From assembly GCF_964355755.1 (NCBI RefSeq), contig NC_092677.1, forward strand, positions 10,004,101 to 10,068,100: a stretch of DNA of 64,000 nt, written 5' to 3'. Position 1 is the first letter of the stretch. Every line of letters starts with the position of its first letter. The translations under genes were made by a program, and so were the position numbers. Under the pieces are notes generated by a model. That model saw nothing but the letters and a program-made list of their open reading frames with translations, did not search any database and was not told the origin of the DNA. The stretch comes from Antedon mediterranea (taxonomy: Eukaryota; Animalia; Echinodermata). This document shows, piece after piece, positions 34,567 through 45,900 of the stretch.

Positions 34567-37500
34567 ATGAGCATGTCTACTGAAAAAGAAACTCCGAGGA
34601 GTTTAATCCAGGGATTCCTACTAACCAATGAAATTAGTCAAAGTGTCATCAATACTAGGTCTCGGTCAAGAAGAAGCAGTCAACAACTCACAAAAGAAGT
34701 TTTAAATAATAGCAAGGGCCGTGCTTCAACAAGTACTGGAAGTCAGGTATACTTTAACATTATTTGGAGAAAGCAACTTAAGTTTTAAACAATCAAAATA
34801 TCCCAATTCTAGCATCTTTATTAAAAATACAATTTATGACTTATTTTTTTATAATTCAATTTCTTAGGTTAGCCCTAAAAAACAAACGTTTTCTTCGGAA
34901 AGACATTCACGAAGAAAACATTCAACTCCTAAAAAGTTGACCCCTGAAGTTTCGGCAAAAGCGGCTGTAAGAAACCGATTCCGTCGTAGTAAAGGAGGAG
35001 CAGAACAATTTCCTGTGGTAGGATTTGGAGGGGATGACCCGACCCCACGAGGCCTGATACAAGGATTTCTAGCTGAAGGTGAAAATCTTTTATTAGTGTC
35101 CCATTCACACTGATAGACAATACTCTTCAGATCTTGTAAAAATGCTATTTATTGTTTGGGTTTATTTAATATTTCTATTTCTTTTCACCATTGGTAGTTT
35201 CTGACTAGAAAAATGTCTAATATTCCCAAACCATCAGTCGTTTATAAGTTGTAAAGCTGTGTAATTTCAAGTGGTCAACATGCTAGGTCTAGGGCACCAT
35301 GCCTTATTTAAAATTTAAATTAAACATACTTATGCTTGATGTTTCAATAAAAATTAATTATTTGTTATAGCTGCTCCAGAAACTCCTGCTGTACATCAGA
35401 CAGAAACTTCACCGCCAACAGAATCTTTTGCGTTGCCTGGTATCTATAATGACCAAGAATTTGAAACTTATCAACAGAGTAGGTAAGTATGAGAGTATAT
35501 AGACAACATACAAGTAATGTTAATATTCCTAATTTGAAAAGTACAGTGGCTGTATTCACCAATCACACTTAAGCTAAAAGCAGTGGGGTAACGCAGTGGG
35601 GAAGCCCTCCAACACTGTGTAACCCTCCATGCTCTGGGGCTTCTGGGTTTAGCCAACAAGCCCTTATATGCCACTGGCTAAAAGGCAAATACTTACCCTT
35701 ACATTCCTGCTCGGCTCTCTTATCAACTTAAGTGAAATCCTTTATTTATTGACTTACATAGTATTACAATATGTGTGAGAGGATCATAACAAATATTGTA
35801 TAAGTATATATAAGTACTTTTAATTTTAAAGTTCAATGATTAAGCTCTGCCTACACTATCAATGTGACAAAAAAATGTGATGTGCCCAAATATGGTAGTG
35901 GTAGTACATCATCATGTCCATATATGGGCACATCAATTCAACCAACCTGTCTACACTATAAAACTTTATTTGACTCAAAAATTTGATTAGTGTAGACAGG
36001 TTTATAACAATTGTTAGTATTTGTCATTACGCCCTATATATTGAGAGTGACAACAAGCATTTTCATCTTCTATCTTTTATCTTTCTATCCTAAATCCACA
36101 AAATCACTTTATTAATCTATATTTCATTTAAGGGCACTTTCTCCTCTCGTGGATGCAGAAGTCGTTACTCGTAGCGGAACTCGTTCAGTTAAGAAGAAAC
36201 GAAAGAGACCAGAGCTTGATTACGAAAACTTTTTTTCAGGGATTGAAAAACGAATAAAGACAGTCGGACCACGATTGGAAGAGGATGCTGCTGCAGAGTT
36301 AGATAAAGATAAATCAACCCTAGAGGAACGTGCTGAAACGGTAAGAAATTATTTTCGAAAACAAACTGTTTTTAATTAAAATTTGCTTTCCTGTGAAATG
36401 AACGAGAGGCAATATATATGTTTTAACACAACGGCCAATCCCTATTCAGGGGACACCCAATTAGGAAAACACTGTTGGATCCTGAAGGTGTTCCTTATTA
36501 GATTTCAATTTAAATTTAACTTCCTAAAGTATTATAATTTAACAGTCTTTCTTTCTTTACGGTACAGTATGTGGTTTCACATAACATGTAAACAAAACTT
36601 ATTTTTCCAATAAAATATAATAATATTCAATGGTTATTAGAAGTGTAATTGGATTTTCTGATAATAGAATTTCAGTTTTAGTTTACATTTAATTTAATAA
36701 TTACTTGGTTGTCTTTTCTCTGAAAAATATGTAGCTTGGTAGTTAACATGCTTGCCTCCAAATCCCAAGGTCCAGGTTTCAAGACCTTGTGCCCAGGCTT
36801 CAATCCTGACCTTGTGCCCAGGCTTCAATCCTGTCCTTGTGCCCAGGCTTCAATCCTGACCTTGTGCCCAGGTTTCAATCATGACCTTGTGCCCAGGCTT
36901 CAATACTGACAATGTGCCCAGGCTTCAATCCTGACCTTGTGCCCAGGGTTCAATCCTGTCCTTGTGCCCAGGGTTCAATCCTGCCCAGGGTTGTAACTCA
37001 CAACTGTTTCCACCCCTATGCCTGAATCAAATCAATGCAGTTTATCCTGTAATTGGCAAGTTTCTTGCTGTTGAATATGTATGAAATTATTTTATATGTT
37101 AATGGACTGTTTTTTTAGGATGTCATTTTGTCATCTAGTCCTGATGCATCTGGCACACCATTATCAAGGATTCATCTTCAGCCAGATGAAAAGATTCCAG
37201 ACTTTAAGATGAGTGATGACGAAAGTATCAGTGGTGATGAGTCAATTGATGGGATGGCTGATGTACCAAGAGAGGTTGATGTTAACTCCACTGGTGATAG
37301 AATGATGGAAGAGGACATTGCTAGAGAGGATCAAGAGAAGGAGGACACTATTGGCAGTGTTGAAAGAGGTCAAACTGATAGCGTTGAGTCTTCTGTAGAA
37401 AGAGACATTCAAGATGGAAACCAGCCAACTGAAGGATGTGAAAGGAGTCCTGAACCAGAAGAAGTAGTTGATAACAGCATGCAACAGTCCAACTGGATTA

Positions 37501-39493
37501 ATGAGAGTAATTTGGAAAGACAAACTCTAAATGAAACTAATGAGTTTAGGAACCTTCAAACACCACATATTTCCCCAAGATCTCGCCAAACACCGATTCT
37601 TACTGAACGAAGAAAAAGTGTTCAGGTGAAAAGAAGGTATGTCAATAATATCGCATAGTTATCCATGCCATCCTTCAATTAAGCTGGTGTTACACACGTT
37701 TTCGTTATGTTGGTGCAAACAATCTAAAAGTCGACAGAGATGTGTTTAGGACCAGTATAACAGTTTAACTTAATGTTTTTATCTAACTAGAGTGTATATA
37801 CAGAATAATCTATGCACTGAAATAATAGTTTCTGATATCTCAATCATACACATAGTTTGAAAAAAAAGTGTGATGTGCCCAAATGTGGTAGTGATAATGA
37901 TATTATCATGTCCATATATGGCCACATAACATTTTTTTGTCACATAAAGTTTGATAGTGTAGACAGAGCTTTCTGGTTCTACTTATGAAATTGCTCTAAT
38001 TTATTTATAGTACGGCTATAATACCCAAAACGACGACAAGAAAGCCAAGAGAAGCAAGAAAGACAAAACTACAGCCACCACTGCCAACAAGTTTAACAAA
38101 GAGTATCTTCAGTCACTTCTCAGTTGCTAAAGTATCAAAAGATGCACTTGATGCTATAGAAAAGGGGTAAGCTACACACTTTTTAGCTGCTTTCTGGGTG
38201 TATGGTACTGATTTGGGTATATGGTGCTTACCTGGGTGTATGGTGCATACCTGGGTGTATGGTGCATACCTAGATGTATGGTACTGACCTGGATAAATGG
38301 TGTTTACCTGGCAGTATGATACCGACTGAGAGTATTTGGTGTATTCAGGTGTATGGTGCTTACCTGGGGTATATGGTGCTTACTTTGGATATATGGTGCT
38401 TACTTTGGATATATGGTGCTTACCTGGCAGTATGATACTTACTGAGAGTATTTGGTGTATTCAGGTGTATGGTGCTTACCTGGGGTATATGGTGCTTACT
38501 TTGGGTATATGGTGCTTACTTTGGATATATGGTGCTTACCTGGCAGTGTGATACTTACTGAGAGTATTTGGTGTATTCAGGTGTATGGTGCTTACCTGGG
38601 GTATATGGTGCTTACTTTGGGTATATGGTGCTTACTTTGGGTATATGGTGCTTACCTGCGTATGAGACATTGGTCTGGGTGTATGAGGCTGACCTGGGTG
38701 TATGAGGCCGACCTGGGTGTATGAGGCCGACCTGGGTGTATGAGGCCGACCTGGGTGTATGAGGCCGACCTGGGTGTATGAGGCTGACCTGGATTTGAGC
38801 TCATCCTAGGGTATAGATAACACATTTATAATTGGGCTGATGTATAGGCAATTGGTAACTGTAATACTTCCTTTTTATCATATGTCCTATCTTTAAACTT
38901 TGGAATTTAGTTATCCAACTCCATACTCTTAACCTGTTTAAACCACTCAATAAGTTATTGAAAGTTAAAGATAAAACTTTTGAAATCTACTTGTTAGGAG
39001 TGAGAAGTTCTTCAAAAGGGTGACAGCTGATCTTGGTGCATACTGTAAACACAGTCATCGGCAAACGATTGAAATGGCTGATGTTGAATTACTTATGAAA
39101 AGGTAATTTTTTTTTGAAACACTATAACATTGGAATAAATTTATACAGTACATTTTGGCATTACGCCTTTTTTCCACTAGACAAATTTATACACGCAAAT
39201 TGTGTGTTTTCGCAGAGAAAAAATGTGCGCCGCCATTTAATTTTTTTTTCCACTACTAGAGTATCTTTTAAGCGGTTATAAATTTTAACTTTACCTTCCA
39301 CAAAAGTAATATCACCTATATACTAGTAAAAATATTTTTAATTTTTTAAAAAATATTTTCTTTTTTTAGGCAAGGTTTGATAACAAACAAGCAGTCTATC
39401 CAGTCATTGATTGAACAGCATCTACCCATGGAGTACCGGAAAGAGTTAATACCAGTGGCGTATTCCGGAAACGTTGTGAAGCCTAAGATGTGA
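34567..39493 (+). CDS. CENPT: Centromere protein T, 8 coding exons
   Basis: Exons 34567-34746, 34868-35078, 35371-35482, 36133-36340, 37119-37636, 38011-38166, 38998-39102 and 39370-39493 are in phase. N-terminal TPRSLIQGFL/TPRGLIQGFL motifs. C-terminal histone fold DLGAYCKHSHRQTIEMADVELLMKRQGLI...LIEQHLPMEYRKELIPVAYSGN. Confidence 0.93.
35581..35676. mobile_element. 96-bp mini-hAT element
   Basis: CAGTGG...CCACTG flanked by a perfect 8-bp TSD, GCTAAAAG. Confidence 0.8.
36731..37070 (+). repeat. tRNA-SINE remnant with its B-box region amplified as a 25-bp minisatellite (~8 copies)
   Basis: A-box-like GTAGCTTGGTAGTTAA precedes (CCTTGTGCCCAGG[C/G/T]TTCAATCCTGA)n at 36785-36985. Confidence 0.6.
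38193..38793. repeat. 19-20-bp minisatellite with ~116-bp higher-order repeat in a CENPT intron
   Basis: (CCTGGGTGTATGGTGCTTA)n variants, grading into CCTGGGTGTATGAGGCCGA units. Confidence 0.92.
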
Positions 39494-41304
39494 TATGTCA
39501 TCATAAATTCAGATTAAATTAATATAAATTTATATAAAGTAGAACACCCCTATAATATTGGAATCCTTATCAACCCAACAAGTTGTCCCCTGAGTAGGGG
39601 TATCCTCGGAATAGATGTAGAGTTAAAACATATATTTTGCCATGTTCATTTCACAGGAAAGTGTCAATAGAGGTGACCCAAAGAAGGGTCCAGAGGCCTC
39701 AGACAAAGTAGACATATATACCACATATCCTCGGGTATAAATCCACTTCGAGTCTAATCCCACCCCCTACTTTACGTCTGATTTTTATAAACTGGGTATA
39801 GTCCCAGTATTGACTTTTGGTCTGGATGTAGGCCTCTCTCTATCCAGTTCAGATGAGGTTTTACAAGAAATGCTTACCAATAATTTTTTTCATGAACCAG
39901 GGTTTCCCAGAGTCATGAAAGTCGGTCCAATTTCGAGTTCTAGGGGGTGGAATTATGCGAGAGGAAATATGGTATATAAATGGCAAATTACTAAATGTCA
40001 GTGCTGTATATAAGCTATTCTTCCCCTTTTTTCTCGATTGATTGTAAATATGTTATATATTATAGAAACAGTTTATAATGTGTAAATAAGTTGGAACTGG
40101 AAAAAGTTTGAATCATTTTTTTTTACTGGGATTGAAGTTTCTGTTTTATTAGGAATAATGTTATATTTTTTGGCAAAAGTCATTAATTACTCTAAATCTC
40201 TGTCTACACTATCATTTATGTGACAAAAAAAGTGGTCATGGTAGTGATACGATATGCAAAAATAATGGTAGTCATATGACATCTTCATGTCTATATATGG
40301 GCACATCACGTTTTGTTTTCACATGAAGTTTGATAGTGTAGACAGAGCTCAATACAGTACCTGGTCTAACCTTGCATAGCAAACACATAATGCATATAAA
40401 TGCTACAGTAGGATATCCTTGCATCTTTTTGCTATCATAACTGCTCTTTTACTATATTTTATACAATTCTAGGAGACACTTTTCTTTGGTCCTTTAATAC
40501 TAGCGGTCTTTGTCAATGCTTTTAATCATGTTACTAATACTGAATATGAGAGATACCTTTTGTTGGTCATTTGTATGTAATTTCCTTGTATTGGGAAAAA
40601 CAGAATAATGTTAATAAATTTTTTTGAGGTTTGTTATGTTAATACAAATTTTTGAACAAAAATTTGAAAAACCGCATTTTTAAAAGGAAATTTCCTGTTA
40701 AATTCTTATAGAGCGATAAGTTCAAATGAAGACAATTTTGGGTCAAAATTGCAATCATCGTATTTTGATTTTGTCATTCTTAACTGTCAATCATTGTCTG
40801 ACGGATACCTCTTTAATAGTAATGAATTTCATATAGCGCAAAATGCAGAACGTCTCTAATATATGCGCTGAACAAACAACAGCAAAATGTAAAAAAAGCA
40901 ACACATTTAGGTTAAAAGTGCAAATTAAAAAGGTAGGATTTGAAAAAATATGGAGTATACTAACGCGTGTTTGTATTGCTAGAAGTTAAAAAATAAACCT
41001 TTTTATCCAAATAATTCTTAAAGATGTATTGTCCCCCAAAAACATGAAAAATGAAGATTAATTTACTCAGACTTTGAATAGGTTATTTTGTAGTTTTTAA
41101 TCATTTCCGTAGAGAAAAAAAACCCAAAAATGTTTTCACTTATAAAATAACAGAATAAATGATTAAATTCACCAAAAATCCATTGTTTGCTTTAAATTAC
41201 ATTTTTCAAGTAAATACATTTTTTTTTCGATCCAATTTTTGGTCAAAGTGGATAACTATTATTTTTCAGGAGGACAATACATCTTTAATTATTCACTGAT
41301 AATA

Positions 41305-41420
41305 TCAATGAAATATAACACACATGTTGTCATTCAAGCACCGAAGTGTTATGTTATCTTCCGGCAGTATCTGTCCAAACTTCCTTGGTGGTGTTTTTTT
41401 TAATTGATCAGTCAGCAGTC
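41305..41420 (-). pseudogene. Diverged partial duplicate of an RBFA exon
   Basis: Encodes KKTPPRKFGQILPEDNITLRCLNDNM versus KTTSRKSGQIQPEDNIRLRCLNDNL at 63555-63630. Homology breaks off and a stop follows. Confidence 0.75.
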
Positions 41421-41969
41421 TCAACAAAAAAACCATTGTTGCAATTTTTCGTTGCCCTATGTTACTGAATTGGTTTGAAAACATATGCATTTTCATAATA
41501 TTCTCTTTCGTTTTGTTGATTTTGTTTTTTTGTAACAGAAAACTTCCTAATACATACCAATCTTGAGAATGACCTATTTAAGATACTTCCTCAAACGTTT
41601 TAAACTATTAAAATAATATTTTTTGGGTATTTTCACTCAGATAACAACAGTTCCTTCACATAAGCACCTCACAAACTCGAACCAAAATGTCTGATGTAAG
41701 TTTTAATCTGTTATTACTAACATTTCAGTCTTGTATAGCATTTTCTAAGATTATATTACCGTACTTGCATTTTATGTATGTTTTTCTGTAAATAGGCTGG
41801 CCCGGCAGCCACAAGATTTCTATTTTCTTGGGCACTGCCTACTTCCTTTTATTGATAACTTTATACTTTGTAATCATAATATTAATCATTCTTGACTCGT
41901 TATATATTTTACTTGAATTTATTACGTTTACCTCATTTTCTTGAAGGAAGAAATGCAAGTTGAATTTGA

Positions 41970-42198
41970 AAGATGCTCGGCTACCAATCCCAGGGTCCTT
42001 GGTTCGAATCTGTCTTTCTCATGACAGAAGAACTCCTCTCCCAAAGATTTGTAATAAAGACTTGGTTTGTGTAGAGCATCTTGTGGATATGTTAGTCTGT
42101 GATTATTTAAGGGGGAGGCCGCCGGTTATTAGCCACTAGCCTTAAATAGTACATATGGCCTCTCCAGGAGACTTGTCTCCAAACACTAATAAAATAAA
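41970..42198 (+). mobile_element. Degenerate tRNA-derived SINE
   Basis: B-box GGTTCGAATC near 42001, a GC-richer body and an AATAAAATAAA tail. Confidence 0.4.
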
Positions 42199-42915
42199 CG
42201 TCACGTCCACGATTGTGATATTTATTCCTATTTTTTTTTACAAATAGGTATACTGTATACCAACATAAAAAGCATGACTATTGATTTTAAGTAAAAAACC
42301 GATATATTGGTGAATTCACAAAGCTTGTTAAAGATTTACCGTCTCCCTGAACAAAAATGTTTTACATTTTTGTTGTTGAATATGCAATTTTTAAATCACA
42401 TAATTTGTATTCACTTTGACCAAAAATAAATATTTTCCTGAAAAAACCCCTGTAATTCAAAGTATGTAAAACATAGTCAAAGTTACTGGAAGTCAATGAG
42501 TTTTTGTTTGAATTGTTACCGTTCAGTAGGTGAAAACATCTATGGAAGTGATTAATTTCAAAATAGCCTTTTCAAAGTCTTTTTCATAATCTTCATTATT
42601 CTTGTTTTTGGTGGACAATACATCTTTAAAACCATGAGATATCTGTATCTTCTATATATGGGATGAAATATTAAACAGCTTGCCCTCTGTCAATTTATTT
42701 ATTTTTCTCCAAAAGTCTATGGAGGAACAGATACAGATACAGATTAATTTATTGTCCAAAAAATTAATGGAAATTACAGTGCTCATAAATGACCTTGGCT
42801 TGCCTAAAAAAATAACTATAAATATAAGGGGGACTATCTAACAAATGTTTTGTTATAATGCCTTATGTTTTCTTAGCTCATGATTATGTTTGTTTATACA
42901 TACTTGTACTTTCAG

Positions 42916-45900
42916 AAAGAAGGAGAAAATAATATATTACAATCAGGTAATAGTGGTCAGGTTGGGCCAAGAACTGTAAAGAGCAGCAATAACTTACCAC
43001 CAAGTAAGTCTGACCGTTAAAACACATGATTATCTTTTCAACATTTCTCATGGATTTTCTCCTTTTTTAAACAATATGTATTGAAGGTTTGCATGGCGAC
43101 TCGCTATAATGTTGATATAGTTTGCGTTACATGGTATATTTAGTTCTGAAAAGGATGGGGTGCCTTCCTTGTTGTGAATATTGAAGAAAGTCTGTGTAGG
43201 TATAGCTTTATAAAACGAATCAATTCTAGCAATAATGTCTTAATTATGTAACCCAGGTTTAGTCTCCCTCAATCAATACTTATCTTTTAAATAAACAAAT
43301 ATCTTGGAGACAAACTAATCAACGTACATCAAAAACAATCTAAATTCGGAAAAGCTATTTATTGAATAATAGTAAGTATAAATGAATGTTTGGTCACTAT
43401 AAAAGACCACAAACAATAAAACAAAACTTAAATTAATAATCAAGATTTACATCGAACTAAAACCGGTATTGAACTTAGAAACCCCCAAGGCGCCGTTTAA
43501 ATATTTTAAAGTTTACAGTACTTGGTTTTAAGCAAAAATTTGCACCATCGCTTCCAACGCTGTCCTCTTCTAAACCGTCTATGATTTTCCGATGTCCAGT
43601 GTTTCCACGCCTGCAGTTGAATTTTCTTATTATCTTCAGTAAGATTCTAGTTTTTCCAACTAAAATAGAGAGCAACATATAATATGTACAATATGGTAAG
43701 CGTTTGCTATACCTTAAACAGACTTAAACACTGTATGCTCAGCACTAATAGAGTAGTACAGTACAATCAAATTACATACCGTATTCATTTCTTACAAAAT
43801 GGGTTAACCTAATTATCTCGATTGCATCCGTGCAATACTGTAGCTACAAATCATGGAAACTTCCAGTGCTTAATAAAATAACATTAACAATAAGAGGTAA
43901 TAATAAAACTAAACTACAACAGTAAAAGTATAAATCTTTCTAACATTATACTATTCATTCATAGGGTCATTTATCTTCTATTTGCTAATTAATCTCCTCT
44001 TGCTTGATTGCATTCAAGCAACAATACTACCATTGTAATAGCACGATGGAAAATTAAAAGATAAACTAAATCACACTGTACAGTCTAAATACTAAAACAA
44101 TGCAATACAAAACTTAATTTAAAGGTATTAGATCAGGCATCAAGTCTGCCCAAAATAATGATAAAAGTATACATATCACTCACCTAAAATAGAGAGCCAA
44201 TATCCTCATTGTGTAATAAAAATAACTTCAAAACTTTAAGTGTACAAACTGTACAACGTGTAAATATCACAGTCTTCTTTAACACGAATTGTACTTTAAA
44301 CTTAGTACTCTTTTAGTATACCGTATATAATAATATATATATATCTTTCAGTACTTTCAAATAGGTTCTCGAACTCAACGTTGTTCGAAATGTAAAAATA
44401 TATAATTGAAATGTAATTAAAGTTGGAGTGTCCAGCACGTCCGATGGCAAGAGGCAAAGAGAAAGAAATCTCCCAAAACATACCCTAATATTATCCAAAG
44501 TTATCAAACAAGGTACCCCTATTGGTCCATTCTTGTTACTAGGCAAAATTCAAGAGGGGTAAATTGACTGATTGGTCAATTCTCAAATTTAGGACCTCCC
44601 ATTTAAATAGATAAACATGTGAGAGGATTAAAACAGAACAAAGAGAGTTTTTAAAAGGATTAATTAACAAAATGATTAAAACATATACAGTTCCAAGAAA
44701 AAGCAACATAATGCAAACATCTTAATGCAGACATTGATAAACAATCTTGCCCACCCACTGCACCCAGCTGCATTACATTGTAGGTACAGTGGAAAATGAT
44801 AATAAGTAAAGGAAAAGAAAACATATCTAAAACATGACAGGGTTACAATTAGAACAATCAATATCATTATAGAGTCAACATTGTACCTAAGCCCGTGTTT
44901 CCACAGCCAAAACAAAATAATATCAGTTAATTTTTATTCAATACATGCGCATGATCAGTCATTACCAAACAACCAGATGCCCAATCACAACGCAACAATT
45001 TTTCCTTCAGATCACAGGTTAAAAATGTACACATTCATCCGATAATCATCCGATTTGAATGAGATAATTACTGTATTGGTTAATTTTTCTCGAATGGATT
45101 TGGTTAAACCCCGTTTCCACAGGCAGCTAGTTTATCGGTTAATTTGACTGCAGAAACATGTCCATAGATGTTGTAAAAGCATTACATTTATACCTCTCAG
45201 CGCCAGTGCGCCCTCATTGGCTGGAGTTGTTCGTGCGTTGTTGCTTTGATTTCCATGTTGTTGTATTGAGTTATTGACTGTTATTAAAATACATTATTCG
45301 CATTACATCGGTCTATGTGTGATCTGTAGAGTTGTGGCATATAAAAATCAACCTTATTGGCGTGGTGGCAGCCCAAGATATTCGGACCTTCCGCTTAAAA
45401 CCAGTGAGTTATTAGTTGTTGAACTTAGGCCTAGCCTAGGCCCATCCATACCATTATCTACGAGATCGCACTAACGCACAGAGGCGTACGACCAGCCAGC
45501 ACATATAGCTGGTAGGATGGCGAACGTTAACAGAGCTCCTAAACAGTGGAGCTTAACCAAAACTGAAACAATAAACTCATTTGAGTCATGGCGGCAGAAC
45601 ATTATTTATACACTTTCGTTGGATGAAAATTTTGCTCCATTCTTGATGGAAGGCACACAATGGGGCCCCAAAACCAGAGCATCTCCACTCCGCCTATTTG
45701 AGGACGATGATGACACTGTCCCTAGAGCACGTCGACGTACTGCTCAGCAAAAGGTACACATGCTCGAGCTCATGCTAGGCCAGATCGCAAACTTCTGTCC
45801 TATTATTTCTCGAAGCACAATTGTTAAAAGCTCCACGTCCATCTCGCAAATCTGGCAGGCCATCCGACTTCACTATGGTTTCCAAACGACCGGAGGTCAC

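Noticed and set aside
38336-38724. Repetitive YGAY ORFs
   Set aside because: They are translations of an intronic minisatellite in CENPT.
43280-44930. Possible decayed retroelement or exons (short ORFs 43475-43678 and 44313-44546)
   Set aside because: No recognisable motif or phase-consistent splice pattern, so I cannot support a call.
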